From: Acidobacteriota bacterium
Lineage (GTDB): Bacteria > Acidobacteriota > Terriglobia > Bryobacterales > Bryobacteraceae
Assembly: GCA_025353165.1 (NCBI GenBank)
Contig: JANXRE010000076.1
Location: 1,103 to 65,102, forward strand
Direction: 5' to 3'
DNA: 64,000 bases
Position 1 is the stretch's first letter, and each line of letters starts with the position of its first letter. Below are positions 8,779 through 18,411 of the stretch, piece by piece. The notes beneath the pieces are model-generated. The model saw only the letters and a program-made list of their open reading frames with translations. It was not told where the DNA came from and ran no database searches. The translations under genes and the position numbers were made by a program.

Positions 8779-11334
8779 CTATTTCGCATCGCGCCAGTTC
8801 GCTCCGATCCCGATGTCCACCAGCAGCGGGACGTCTAGAGAATACACCTGCTCCATCTCGTTTTTCACCAGCTTCCGAAGCTCGGCGGCCTCGTCCGGCG
8901 GCGCTTCAAAAACCAGTTCGTCATGCACCTGCAACAGCATCTTCGATCTCAGCCCGCGCTCGCCGAGCAACGCGCCAATGCGGATCATCGCCATCTTGAT
9001 CAGGTCCGCCGCGGTCCCCTGGAGCGGCGTATTCACGGCCGTTCGCTCGGCAAACCCGCGCGCGCTTGCGTTGCGGCTCTTCATATCGGGGATGGGCCGC
9101 TTTCGACCCAGCAGCGTGATGGCGAACCCCGATTCCCGCACCTCGTCCTTGGTCCTCTCGATGAACTTCTTCACGCCCGAGTAGCGCTCGAAATACGTGC
9201 GAATATACGTCTCGGCTTCCTTGCGGTCGATGCCAAGCGATTGCGCCAGGCCGAAAGGAGTCTGGCCGTACACGATTCCGAAGTTCACGGCCTTGGCGTT
9301 GCGGCGCATTTCCGGCGTCACCAGGATCGGCCCGACTCCGAACACCTCCGCCGCGGTCCGCGTGTGGATGTCCTCGCCGTTGCGGAACGCGTCCAGCAGC
9401 ACGGCATCGCCCGACATGTGAGCGAGCAGGCGCAGCTCGATCTGCGAGTAGTCGGCAACCAGCATCGTCCAGCCCTCGCGTGGAATAAACGAGGCGCGAA
9501 TCTCCCGGCCGAGCTCGGTGCGGATCGGGATATTTTGCAGGTTCGGGTTCGACGAGGACAGCCGTCCGGTGGCCGCGCCGATCTGGTTGAACGTCGTGTG
9601 CAGCCGGCCCGTGTCCGACCCGATCAGCGCGGGCAGGGCATCCACATACGTGCCCTTGAGTTTCGTGAGCTGGCGGTATTCGAGAACCTTCCTCACGATC
9701 TCGTGATCGGGCGCGAGTTCCTCCAGCACATCCGCGGCGGTGGAGATCTGTTTGCCCTTTCCGTACCTCACCGGTGCGGGGAGGCCCAGATCTTCGAACA
9801 GGATCTTGCCCAATTGCTGCGGCGAGTTGATGTTGAACGCCTTCCCGGCAAGCCGGCAAATCTCGAGCGAGAGTTTTTGGATCTCGGCATCCATGCGGCC
9901 CGACAGAGCGTGCAACTGCCCGGTGTCGATGCGAATCCCCTCGCGCTCCATTGCGGCGAGAACCGGTACGAGCGGCAGGTCGATGTTTTCGTATAGTTCC
10001 CGCAGACCCCGCGCGTCGATTTCCGGCGCGAACTTCTCGTAAAGCGCTAAGGCCGCCTCGGCTGCCTGCTCCGCCGCGGGAAGCAGTTGGCGGTCCAGGT
10101 ATTTCTCGGCCAGAGTCTCGGCGCCGCACGCCGAGGGGTCGGCCGAGATGAGGAACGCGTACAGCAGGATGTCGTGCCGCAGGCCGCCCGCCTCGAGCCC
10201 CTCGCTCGACAATCCGGCGACCAGCGATTTGAAATCGTGCGCGATCTTCGGGCGCGCCCCCGACCGCAGTTCGGCCATCGCGCGCGCGCTTGACCGGACT
10301 ATTTCCGCCGTTGCCGCCCGGCCCTCGCCCACACGCGCGGCGAATCCCACGCTGCTGGTGAGCGCGATCGCCAGCGGCGCTTCCGGCGGCAGGCCCGCCA
10401 TCCATTCGTCGAGCGCTGCCGCGGAATCGAACACGGCGTAATCGCGCGTGTGCGAATCCTCGCTCGGCCCGAGCTCCTTCAGCAGGCTGAAGAACTCCAT
10501 CTCGCGATACAGCGATTTCAGCGCCTCCCCGTCGGCCGGTTGCGCCTTCGCGTCTTCCACGGTGAACGGGATCGGGACGGCGCGGTCGATGGTCGCCAGC
10601 TTCTTGCTCAGCTCGATCTGCTCGCGATGGTTTAGCAGGCTTTCGCGGTACGCCTTCCGCTGCACCTCGCCCGCCCGGTCGAGCGCCGCTTCCACCGAGC
10701 CGAACTGGAGTACAAGGTCGCGCGCTCCCTTGTCCCCCACTCCCGGAGCGCCGGGGATGTTGTCCACCGCGTCGCCCTTCAGCGCCAGCAGGTCGGCCAC
10801 CTGCGACGGCTTCACGCCCATGAATTCGAGCACCTTGTCCGGGTGGTACCAGGTGTCGTCCTTCATGGGGTTGTACATCCACACCCGGTCCGTAACGAGC
10901 TGCAGCATGTCCTTGTCGCTGGATACGATGACCACGTCCAACTCACCGCCGACGCACCGGTGCGCGATGGTTCCGATCACGTCGTCCGCCTCGAAGCCCG
11001 GATATTCGAGGACCGGGATCCGCATGGCCTCCAGCGTGCGTCGCACATACGGGATTTGTGGGGTGAGGTCCTCGGGCATCGCGGCGCGGTTCGCTTTGTA
11101 ATCGGCGAACGCGGCGTCGCGAAACGTCGGCCCGGCGCTCTCGAAAACGGCGGCGATATATTCCGGTTTGTACGATTGCAGGAGCTTCCGGATCATGTTG
11201 TGGAAGATGTAGACGGCTTCGGTGGACAACCCCGCCGAGGTCCGCATGGGCGGCGCTCCGCTGCGGGCGCGCGCGTGGTAGGCGCGGAAAATGAAGCCGA
11301 ACGAATCGATCAGGAAGAGGCGGGGCCGGGGCAC
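8779..11334 (-). CDS. polA: DNA polymerase I
   Basis: The 851-aa ORF has a 5' nuclease N-terminus (LIDSFGFIFRAYHA). Polymerase motifs are present: DYSQIELRLLAH, RRNAKAVNFGIVYGQ, LQVHDELVFE. Confidence 0.95.
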   Translation of the reverse strand: MPRPRLFLIDSFGFIFRAYHARARSGAPPMRTSAGLSTEAVYIFHNMIRKLLQSYKPEYIAAVFESAGPTFRDAAFADYKANRAAMPEDLTPQIPYVRRTLEAMRIPVLEYPGFEADDVIGTIAHRCVGGELDVVIVSSDKDMLQLVTDRVWMYNPMKDDTWYHPDKVLEFMGVKPSQVADLLALKGDAVDNIPGAPGVGDKGARDLVLQFGSVEAALDRAGEVQRKAYRESLLNHREQIELSKKLATIDRAVPIPFTVEDAKAQPADGEALKSLYREMEFFSLLKELGPSEDSHTRDYAVFDSAAALDEWMAGLPPEAPLAIALTSSVGFAARVGEGRAATAEIVRSSARAMAELRSGARPKIAHDFKSLVAGLSSEGLEAGGLRHDILLYAFLISADPSACGAETLAEKYLDRQLLPAAEQAAEAALALYEKFAPEIDARGLRELYENIDLPLVPVLAAMEREGIRIDTGQLHALSGRMDAEIQKLSLEICRLAGKAFNINSPQQLGKILFEDLGLPAPVRYGKGKQISTAADVLEELAPDHEIVRKVLEYRQLTKLKGTYVDALPALIGSDTGRLHTTFNQIGAATGRLSSSNPNLQNIPIRTELGREIRASFIPREGWTMLVADYSQIELRLLAHMSGDAVLLDAFRNGEDIHTRTAAEVFGVGPILVTPEMRRNAKAVNFGIVYGQTPFGLAQSLGIDRKEAETYIRTYFERYSGVKKFIERTKDEVRESGFAITLLGRKRPIPDMKSRNASARGFAERTAVNTPLQGTAADLIKMAMIRIGALLGERGLRSKMLLQVHDELVFEAPPDEAAELRKLVKNEMEQVYSLDVPLLVDIGIGANWRDAK

Positions 11335-11466
11335 CCAACCATCTTAGCGCCCGTAGGAGTGTGTCGGCCTTGCCACACACCACCGTTGCAAAGTGTGGCT
11401 ACAGAACCACAGTACAACTCTTACAACCCTTTACGAATCAAACGGATGCGGAGCCCTCGCCCCCGC

Positions 11467-11475
11467 TGGTAAAAT
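11467..11475 (+). promoter_or_regulatory. possible extended -10 element (TGGTAAAAT) upstream of lpxC
   Basis: TGnTAAAAT lies 16 nt upstream of the lpxC ATG in the polA/lpxC divergent intergenic region. I found no convincing -35 element. Confidence 0.2.
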
Positions 11476-11490
11476 AGGGACTCATCCGAA

Positions 11491-12381
11491 ATGCGATTTG
11501 AGACCACGCTAGCCCATCCCGTCGCCGCCACCGGAGTCGGACTGCACAGCGGCGCTCCCGTCAACATTCGCATACTGCCCGCGCCCGCGGCCACCGGGAT
11601 CGTATTCATCCGGACCGACCTCGACTGCTTCCCGATCCCCGCCAGTTGGCGGCATGTCGCCAAGGTCAGCTACGCGACCAGCCTGATGCGGCAAGGCGTT
11701 CTGATCTCCACCACCGAGCACCTGCTGAGTTCGCTCTACAGCATGCGGGTGGACAACGCGTTCATCGAGATCGACAACCTGGAGGTTCCCATCCTCGACG
11801 GCAGCGGGCAGCCGTTCGTCGAACTGATCGGGGAAGCCGGCATTCACACCTATCGCCGCCGGCGGAAGTACCTTTGCATCCGGCGGCCGGTTTCGGTCGA
11901 GGGCAACGGAAAGCGCATCACGATCCTTCCGGCCGATCGCTTCCTCCTCAGTTGCGACGTTTTCTTCGACCATCCGCTGGTCGGACGCCAGACGCTCGAA
12001 ATGGAAGTCTCGCCCGAGCGGTACGCGAAGGAGCTAGCCCCGGCGCGCACCTTCGGTTTCGAGGCCGACTTGAATCAGCTCCGCGACATGGGGCTGATCC
12101 GCGGCGCGTCCCTGGAAAACGCCGTCTGCTTCGAGGCGGACAGAGTATCGAATCCCGGAGGACTGCGGTTCCCCGACGAGTGCTGCCGCCACAAGGCGCT
12201 CGATCTGATCGGCGACCTGGCCCTGATCGGGCGCCCTCTGCTCGGCCATGTGATCGCGGAGCGCGCCGGGCACGCGATGCATGTCGCGCTGGTGGGACGC
12301 ATCATGGCCGACCCCGGTTGTTACGAGATCCTGACCTTGGACCAGATCGCGGCGCGAGTGGCCAGCTCGCTGGTAAGCTAG
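11491..12381 (+). CDS. lpxC: UDP-3-O-acyl-N-acetylglucosamine deacetylase
   Basis: The 296-aa ORF carries GVGLHSG, TTEHLLSSLYSMRVDN, ILDGSG, FRFPDECCRHKALDLIGDL and HAMH, which are canonical LpxC motifs. Confidence 0.95.
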   Translation: MRFETTLAHPVAATGVGLHSGAPVNIRILPAPAATGIVFIRTDLDCFPIPASWRHVAKVSYATSLMRQGVLISTTEHLLSSLYSMRVDNAFIEIDNLEVPILDGSGQPFVELIGEAGIHTYRRRRKYLCIRRPVSVEGNGKRITILPADRFLLSCDVFFDHPLVGRQTLEMEVSPERYAKELAPARTFGFEADLNQLRDMGLIRGASLENAVCFEADRVSNPGGLRFPDECCRHKALDLIGDLALIGRPLLGHVIAERAGHAMHVALVGRIMADPGCYEILTLDQIAARVASSLVS

Positions 12382-12902
12382 TGCTCCGGCAGATTCCTAA
12401 TCTTCTGACGCTCAGCCGGCTGTTGCTCGTGCCCGTGGTGCTACGCGCCATTTGGGTTCACGAATTCGCGTGGGCGTTGCTATGGTGCGCGATCGCGGGG
12501 GCCACTGACGCACTCGACGGATTTCTCGCGCGCCGCCTCCAGGCGCGATCGCGATTCGGCGCGTATCTGGATCCGGTAGCGGATAAACTGTTGCTCAGCG
12601 GCGCGTACCTGGCGCTCGGACTAAAGGGCTTCATCCCACTCTGGATCACTGCGATCGTTTTCGGCCGCGACCTGCTGATCCTAGCCTTCGCCGGCTTCGC
12701 TTTTCTGCTCACTCCTTCGCGCGACTTTCCGCCGTCGATCTGGGGCAAGCTCTCGACCATCGTGCAGGTAGGGGCCGTTCTGGTGGTGCTTCTGAACCTC
12801 GGCGGGCCTTTGGCGCCGTTTGCGCTCGGGTGTGTCGCGCTGGCGACTTCCTGGAGCGCAATTCATTACCTCTTCCTGGGCTTTCGAATGATTCGCCACT
12901 AG
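12381..12902 (+). CDS. CDP-alcohol phosphatidyltransferase family protein (PgsA-like)
   Basis: The GTG start at 12381 overlaps the lpxC stop by 1 nt. The family motif is DALDGFLARRLQARSRFGAYLDPVADKLL (DG..AR..8..G..D..D), with several TM helices. Only the C-terminal part of track ORF 11646-12902 is real. Confidence 0.75.
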   Translation: MLRQIPNLLTLSRLLLVPVVLRAIWVHEFAWALLWCAIAGATDALDGFLARRLQARSRFGAYLDPVADKLLLSGAYLALGLKGFIPLWITAIVFGRDLLILAFAGFAFLLTPSRDFPPSIWGKLSTIVQVGAVLVVLLNLGGPLAPFALGCVALATSWSAIHYLFLGFRMIRH

Positions 12903-13517
12903 CTAGGCAAGCTTACGGTACAACGGCAAGCTCGGCAAACGCCTCCATGGCCGCCGCCTGTCTATGTTACACGAAAGCCGGTGCGCCAGGCCGGCGCGGG
13001 CGGGCCGCTGCGGCGACGGACACGCGCGAAGTAGCCCAAGCTTCTACTGCGGCGCTACACCAAACTAACCGCGCCACCGTGAACGACCCGGGGTGGCGTC
13101 GGAGCAGATTCAGCAACGTCTCCACGGCCCTTGCGGGTATAGGCGGCGCCTGAAGAACGGCGAACAAGCCGGAAATCGCGCGCAACGCGTCTTCCCAAGA
13201 GCGCGGTTTTGGAACTCGCCGCGCCCTGGTCACGGGCGAATACAAAAAGCACTGTGGACCGTTCGCGTCCCGCGTCGAGCAAGGCGCGTCTAGCCGTCAT
13301 AGATGTCCCGGCGGTGGAGAGCGCCGACGTCCGCAAGATGTCACACGGGACATTCGGGGGCCGGGGGGCTACCGGCAAACGCGCTTGCACGACGCTCGGT
13401 CGAGAACCGTTCCAGCAGCGTCTCCACGGAAATCCTTTGCCTCCGGGCTTCTTCGGCGAGCCGCGTTTCGGTTTCAAGTGGAATCCGGATGCCAATCGGG
13501 TAGCTCCGCTCTCCCGG

Positions 13518-14150
13518 ATGAACACGATGCCGCGCTCATTGACGCCGGAAATCACCGGGGGTACCCTTAAGGTTGTGGCTACGCCGGTGACACGCTATTT
13601 GCCCTCTCGCCATTATTTGTCCGCCGGCCTCGTCGCGCTGGGGCTGGCCGTGTTCTCCACTTGGTGCGGATTCCGCTGGTCGCCCGCGTTTATCCCCGCC
13701 GCTTTGTTTCTGGTGAGCGGCGCGCTCATCCTCTTGGTCGCGTTTCAACCGGCCATCGAGATCCACGAAACGCATCTCAAAATCGGCAGTCGCCAGATTC
13801 CCTGGAACCAGGTGCGCCGCCTGGACCGCACCGGCTGGATCTCGCCGCTGGTGCTGCACCTGACCCTGGCGGACGGCCATCGCATCCTGCTGATTTACCC
13901 CGGCGATCTCGACTCCGCCAACGGGCTGCTCCGTCAATTGAGGTGGCACGCCCGGGAAGCGCTCATCGACGGTATCCCGCACCGGCAGTTCTGGGGCGAA
14001 TCGCTGAATTCCGCCTTAGAGCGTTGTCATATGCCGTCGCCCAGGTATCAACTCCTCTGCCCCGAAGATGAAGCAGAGGTGGAGCGGCTCTTCCGGCAAC
14101 TGAAGACGGTCGGCCACTTCGATCCCAAGAAACCCGTGGACGAGAAGTAG
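13518..14150 (+). CDS. hypothetical membrane protein (two TM helices plus a PH-like soluble domain)
   Basis: The start is trimmed to the ATG at 13518 (MNTMPRSL). TM segments are LSAGLVALGLAVFSTW and AALFLVSGALILLVAF. I recognise no family. Confidence 0.4.
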   Translation: MNTMPRSLTPEITGGTLKVVATPVTRYLPSRHYLSAGLVALGLAVFSTWCGFRWSPAFIPAALFLVSGALILLVAFQPAIEIHETHLKIGSRQIPWNQVRRLDRTGWISPLVLHLTLADGHRILLIYPGDLDSANGLLRQLRWHAREALIDGIPHRQFWGESLNSALERCHMPSPRYQLLCPEDEAEVERLFRQLKTVGHFDPKKPVDEK

Positions 14151-14153
14151 TCC

Positions 14154-14759
14154 TTGCCCGGCCGCGTCTTCCGTTTTAGTCTCTTCTGGATTCCTTTCGC
14201 GGCTCTGATCGCGATCTTTCTGACATCGCCGCTCTGGCTGCGCTACGTGGGCGTCGCGCTCCAGGACTCCGAGCCTCCCCGCAAGGCGGACGCGGCGCTG
14301 GTGCTGGCCGGCGACGGCTACGGAGATCGCATGCGCACCGGCGCGGAACTGGCGCGGGGTGGTTTGGTTCCCCGGGTTTACGTCAGCGGTCCCGAAGGAT
14401 TCTACGGCCTTCACGAAGACGACCTTGCCATCCAGTGGGCCGTCAAGGCGGGTTATCGTACGTCTTACTTCGTGCCGCTTCCCCTTCCGCACAACGTGAC
14501 ATCCACCAGGGCAGAAGCCGAATTCATCGTTCCACGCTTCCGCAAGGACGGAATCCGGAGCCTCATCCTCGTGACCAGCGATTATCACACCAGGCGCGCC
14601 GGGCATATTTTCCGGCAAATCGCTCCGGATATAAAGATCACCGTGGTAGCCGCGCCCGACGCCCTGTTCGAATTGCGGCAATGGTGGCGTTCGCGCGAAG
14701 GCCGCAAGGCCGTGTTTTTCGAATGGGCCAAGACCTGTTCCGAACTGGTGGGACTATGA
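14154..14759 (+). CDS. YdcF/ElyC (DUF218) family protein
   Basis: ADAALVLAGDGYGDR ... TSTRAEAEF ... LILVTSDYHTRRA is the typical DUF218 signature. The start is TTG. The stop overlaps the ABC transporter start (ATGA at 14756-14759). Confidence 0.7.
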   Translation: MPGRVFRFSLFWIPFAALIAIFLTSPLWLRYVGVALQDSEPPRKADAALVLAGDGYGDRMRTGAELARGGLVPRVYVSGPEGFYGLHEDDLAIQWAVKAGYRTSYFVPLPLPHNVTSTRAEAEFIVPRFRKDGIRSLILVTSDYHTRRAGHIFRQIAPDIKITVVAAPDALFELRQWWRSREGRKAVFFEWAKTCSELVGL

Positions 14760-16498
14760 CGGGCCGGGTCGCGACGCTCTGGCCCTACATCCGGAAGTAC
14801 CGGCGCGGGCTGGCCCTCGGGCTGGGCGCGCTGATCCTGAAGGATATCTTCGGCGCGGCGATGCCCCTGGTGATTCGCGGCGGCGTCGATTCGTTCACGG
14901 CCGGCCTCCAACTGGCGAGCGTTCTCAAATTCGCGGCGTTTCTGGCGCTGCTCTCCGCCCTCAAGGGGATCTTCATGTACTGGATGCGCGTCGTGCTGAT
15001 CGGCATCTCGCGCGACATCGAGTACGACCTCCGCAACGACCTGTTCGGCAACCTGGTAGGCCTCTCCTCGGATTTTTATTCGAAATACCAGACGGGCGAC
15101 ATCATGGCCCGCGCCACCAACGATCTGAACGCGGTGCGTATGATGCTCGGTCCGGGGATCATGTACTGGTGCGAGACGATGTTCACGCTGGTGCTCGCGA
15201 TCGGCGTGATGCTCACGGTGGATTGGAGGCTGACGCTGATGGCGCTGGCGCCGGCGCCGCTGATTAGTCTGGTGGTGGTCCTCTTCGGCCGGCGGATTCA
15301 CGAACGGTTCGAGGCCATCCAGAAAATGTTCTCCGACATCAGCAGCAGGGTGCAGGAGAACCTCGCCGGAGTGCGTGTCATCCGTGCGTTCGTGCAGGAA
15401 GAAGCGGAACTCCGCCGCTTCGAGGAATTGAACCAGGCCTACATCGGTCAGAACATCCGACTGGCTCGCCTCTCCGGCACGTTTATGCCGCTGCTGCAAA
15501 CTCTGATCGGGGTCACGTTCCTCATCGTCCTCTGGATGGGCGGCTACCGGATGCTGTCGGGCCGCATCACGCTCGGCAGCTTCGTGATGTTCAACACTTA
15601 CATGGGCATGTTGATCTGGCCCATGATCGCGATGGGCTGGGTGGTGAACCTGATGCAGCGGGGGACGGCGTCGCTGAAGCGGGTGAACGAATTGCTGGCC
15701 GCCAAGTCCGGCATCGCCGCGCCGCCGCGCCCCGCCGCAATCCCGCATCCATTGCGGGGAGAGATTGAGTTCCGCGATGTCGAACTGCGATACCCGGCGG
15801 TGCTGGCGCTGGACACCCTGAACCTCACCATCTTCGCCGGGAGCACGGTGGCCATCGTCGGTCACACCGGAAGCGGAAAAAGTACGCTGGTCAACCTGAT
15901 CCCGCGCGTCATGGACCCCACCGCCGGCGCGGTGCTGGTCGACGGGATCGACATTCGCGAATTCGACCCCGAGGATTTGCGCAGGCTAATTGGCTTCGTT
16001 CCGCAGGAAACGTTCCTGTTCAGCGCGACCATCGGCGAAAACATAGCGTTCGGCGTTCCGCGCGCCAGCCGCCAGGAAATCCGCCGCGCCGCCGAAATCG
16101 CCGGGCTGGCGCCGGACATCGATTCGTTCCCGAAAGGATTTGATACGGTCGTGGGAGAGCGCGGCCTGACGCTCTCCGGCGGACAGAAACAGCGCACCGC
16201 GATTGCGCGCGCCGTGCTTCGCAATCCGCGGATTCTCATCCTCGACGACGCCCTGTCCAGCGTCGACACCATCACCGAGGAAAGTATTCTGAACGAGCTA
16301 TCGGCCGTGATGCGCGGCCGCACTACGATCCTGATTTCCCATCGCGTCTCCACGGTGAAAAACGCGGACTGCATCTTTGTCATCGAGCACGGCACGGTGG
16401 CCGAGCAGGGCTCGCACGCCGAGTTGCTGGAGGCGGGCGGCTATTACGCGGATCTGTATCGGAAGCAGTTGCTGGAGGAAGAGTTGGAGGTTATCTGA
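14756..16498 (+). CDS. ABC transporter ATP-binding/permease fusion (MsbA/MdlB-type exporter)
   Basis: The start is trimmed to ATG 14756 (MTGRVATLWPYIRKYRR). A six-TM domain precedes Walker A GHTGSGKST, signature LSGGQKQR and Walker B ILILDDALS. Confidence 0.9.
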   Translation: MTGRVATLWPYIRKYRRGLALGLGALILKDIFGAAMPLVIRGGVDSFTAGLQLASVLKFAAFLALLSALKGIFMYWMRVVLIGISRDIEYDLRNDLFGNLVGLSSDFYSKYQTGDIMARATNDLNAVRMMLGPGIMYWCETMFTLVLAIGVMLTVDWRLTLMALAPAPLISLVVVLFGRRIHERFEAIQKMFSDISSRVQENLAGVRVIRAFVQEEAELRRFEELNQAYIGQNIRLARLSGTFMPLLQTLIGVTFLIVLWMGGYRMLSGRITLGSFVMFNTYMGMLIWPMIAMGWVVNLMQRGTASLKRVNELLAAKSGIAAPPRPAAIPHPLRGEIEFRDVELRYPAVLALDTLNLTIFAGSTVAIVGHTGSGKSTLVNLIPRVMDPTAGAVLVDGIDIREFDPEDLRRLIGFVPQETFLFSATIGENIAFGVPRASRQEIRRAAEIAGLAPDIDSFPKGFDTVVGERGLTLSGGQKQRTAIARAVLRNPRILILDDALSSVDTITEESILNELSAVMRGRTTILISHRVSTVKNADCIFVIEHGTVAEQGSHAELLEAGGYYADLYRKQLLEEELEVI

Positions 16499-16499
16499 G

Positions 16500-17422
16500 T
16501 TACTTCGCCAGGGGAAGCTCGACGATGGTCTGCGATCCTTCGGCCACCGCAACATCCCGTCCCTTCGACCGGCAAGACGGCATCTCGTCCGAATCGTAGA
16601 ACTCGCACGGCGGATCGTCGTAGAACGCGAACGCGGTGTATCGCCCGGGCGCCAGTCCGCGAATCTGGAACACGCCGTATTCATCCGCAACGCCGAAACG
16701 GTACCACTGCGGCCAGGACGGCCCGGCGTCCGGGATGAGCGCGATCGTCGCGCCGCTCACGGGCCGGCCGTCGCCGGCGTAAGCGCGCCGCTCACGGCCC
16801 GGCCTCCGTTGGCGGCGAGCGTCAATTGGAGCGGAGTGTGCTCGGCAGCCGCCGATCCGCTGACCGCCGATCCCAGCAACTCTTCATTCCCAACTTTGAT
16901 CGACTTCAGATAATAATCGGCCGGGATGTTGGTCACCGCGACGTCGTAGTTCTCATCCGGCGCGACAAAGGCGCGAGGCTTTCCGTCGTGGCCGGGTTCC
17001 GCCGCCGCGGTGGGATTCAACTCGCTGCGCGGCTCCAGCGTGACCCGGGCCGCCTCCGGATGAAACTCCGCCTTGTCGCCGCTCAGGCCCACTTGCACCG
17101 GCCACGCCCGCGATGCCCGGAGCACCACCTCAATGTTGTCGAGCGGAGCGCCGCCGACTTCAACCAGGACGGTATCGGTCAGCAGACCGGACGGAGTTTC
17201 AGCCACCAGGGTAAAAATTGTAGTTCGCTGTGGGCTGACCCGGATCGAGCCGGTAGCGTCCGCCGGTCCAATGCCGATCAGAACCGCACTCGAGGCTGAT
17301 GGAACGCGCCATTCGAGAGTCGTCGATTCTCCGGCGGCGATGCTTCGCGGCCGGGCCGAAAGACGCGGCTCGGCACACCAGCCAATGCAAGTGCACAGGA
17401 GAAACGCACGGATCGTCAGCAT
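16500..17422 (-). pseudogene. secreted carboxypeptidase-regulatory-like/Ig-like repeat protein split by a 1-nt frameshift
   Basis: ORF 16757-17422 ends ..NGGRAVSGALTPATAGP*. The next frame reads ..AYAGDGRPVSGATIALIPDAGPS.. through to 16500. Together they rebuild a canonical CarboxypepD_reg motif (G.VSG.V.d.dG.PvsGAtiaL.p). Confidence 0.5.
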
Positions 17423-17434
17423 CCCACCTCCAGG

Positions 17435-17854
17435 CTACTCGCCGATGATCTTCACCAGCACGCGCTTCCGCCGCTTCCCGTCGAACTCTCCATAGAAGAT
17501 CTGCTCCCACGGTCCGAAATCGAGCTTGCCCGCGGTGATCGCCACCACCACCTCGCGCCCCATCACGCTGCGCTTGAGATGCGCGTCCGCGTTGTCCTCG
17601 CCCGTGCGGTTGTGCATGTATTTCGACACTGGCTCGTGCGGCGCCAGCCCCTCCAGCCATTTTTCGAAATCCTGATGCAGCCCCGATTCGTCGTCGTTGA
17701 TAAAGACGGACGCGGTGATGTGCATGGCGTTCACCAGCGCGAGGCCCTCCCGCACTCCGCTCTCCCGCAGGCATCCTTCCACCTGCGAAGTAATGTTCAG
17801 GTAGCCCCGGCGGCTGGGGACCTCGAACCACAATTCCTTGCGGTAGCTCTTCAT
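17435..17854 (-). CDS. yjbQ: secondary thiamine-phosphate synthase enzyme YjbQ (UPF0047)
   Basis: [65 protein letters not shown] is a strong YjbQ signature. The ATG at 17854 is preferred over the upstream TTG. Confidence 0.85.
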   Translation of the reverse strand: MKSYRKELWFEVPSRRGYLNITSQVEGCLRESGVREGLALVNAMHITASVFINDDESGLHQDFEKWLEGLAPHEPVSKYMHNRTGEDNADAHLKRSVMGREVVVAITAGKLDFGPWEQIFYGEFDGKRRKRVLVKIIGE

Positions 17855-17922
17855 GTCCTTTCCAATGGTAGTCAAGGTGGCCGGGATCTTCTTATGATGG
17901 CGATAAGTGGATATATTCTTAT

Positions 17923-18153
17923 ATGACGAAGAACACTATGTCCGAGCCAGAGGAAACCACTCGCCTGAAGGGCGATATCTCCAAATTCGTTGAAGAACCC
18001 GTCCGCTGGCGCATCTTTCACCAGACCGTCCTTGCGGCGCGGGAAGCATTCGCCGACGTTTCGCCGGACAAGCTCCAGAACATGATTGACGAGGCTGCCG
18101 ACGAAGCTTCTCGACGCCTGGGAGCGGAAGCTCTTCACGCTGGTCGCATGTGA
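17923..18153 (+). CDS. small hypothetical protein, possible antitoxin partner of the adjacent PIN remnant
   Basis: The 76-aa ORF's 3' end overlaps the start of the PIN-like reading frame, as in type II TA modules. I recognise no family. Confidence 0.25.
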   Translation: MTKNTMSEPEETTRLKGDISKFVEEPVRWRIFHQTVLAAREAFADVSPDKLQNMIDEAADEASRRLGAEALHAGRM

Positions 18154-18392
18154 CGAGCTTATTGCGGAACTCCGCGACGCTACCAGCCGGCCGTTCTTCC
18201 GTGCGAGACTCCGCGCCAGCGCAGTCGAACGTCTCGGCGCGGACCTTCCTGCTAGCACCCGCGGAAGCCAGCTCGGCAGAGTATCTGGTGACCGGCGACA
18301 AAGCGCTCCTGTCCGTGAAGAGTTACAAATCGACCCGGATTATCAAACCCGCCGCAATGATCGAACTCCTGGCGTTCCCCCCTTGGCTATAA
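18086..18392 (+). pseudogene. PIN_3-family (TIGR00305-like) toxin remnant, N-terminally truncated and frameshifted
   Basis: One frame gives [36 protein letters not shown]. The next frame gives AEYLVTGDKALLSVKSYKSTRIIKPAAMIELL, the YLVTGD.DLL signature. The N-terminal DTNV strand is absent. Confidence 0.45.
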
Positions 18393-18411
18393 TTCACGCA
18401 GGAGTAATTTT

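Noticed and set aside
13055-13555. 166-aa minus-strand ORF, plus the 92-aa ORF at 12967-13245, as possible real genes in the 12.9-13.5 kb gap.
   Set aside because: The translations are Arg/Ala/Gly/Pro-rich with no domain signature. Only short PIN-like or RHH-like strings are seen, and these are split across frames.
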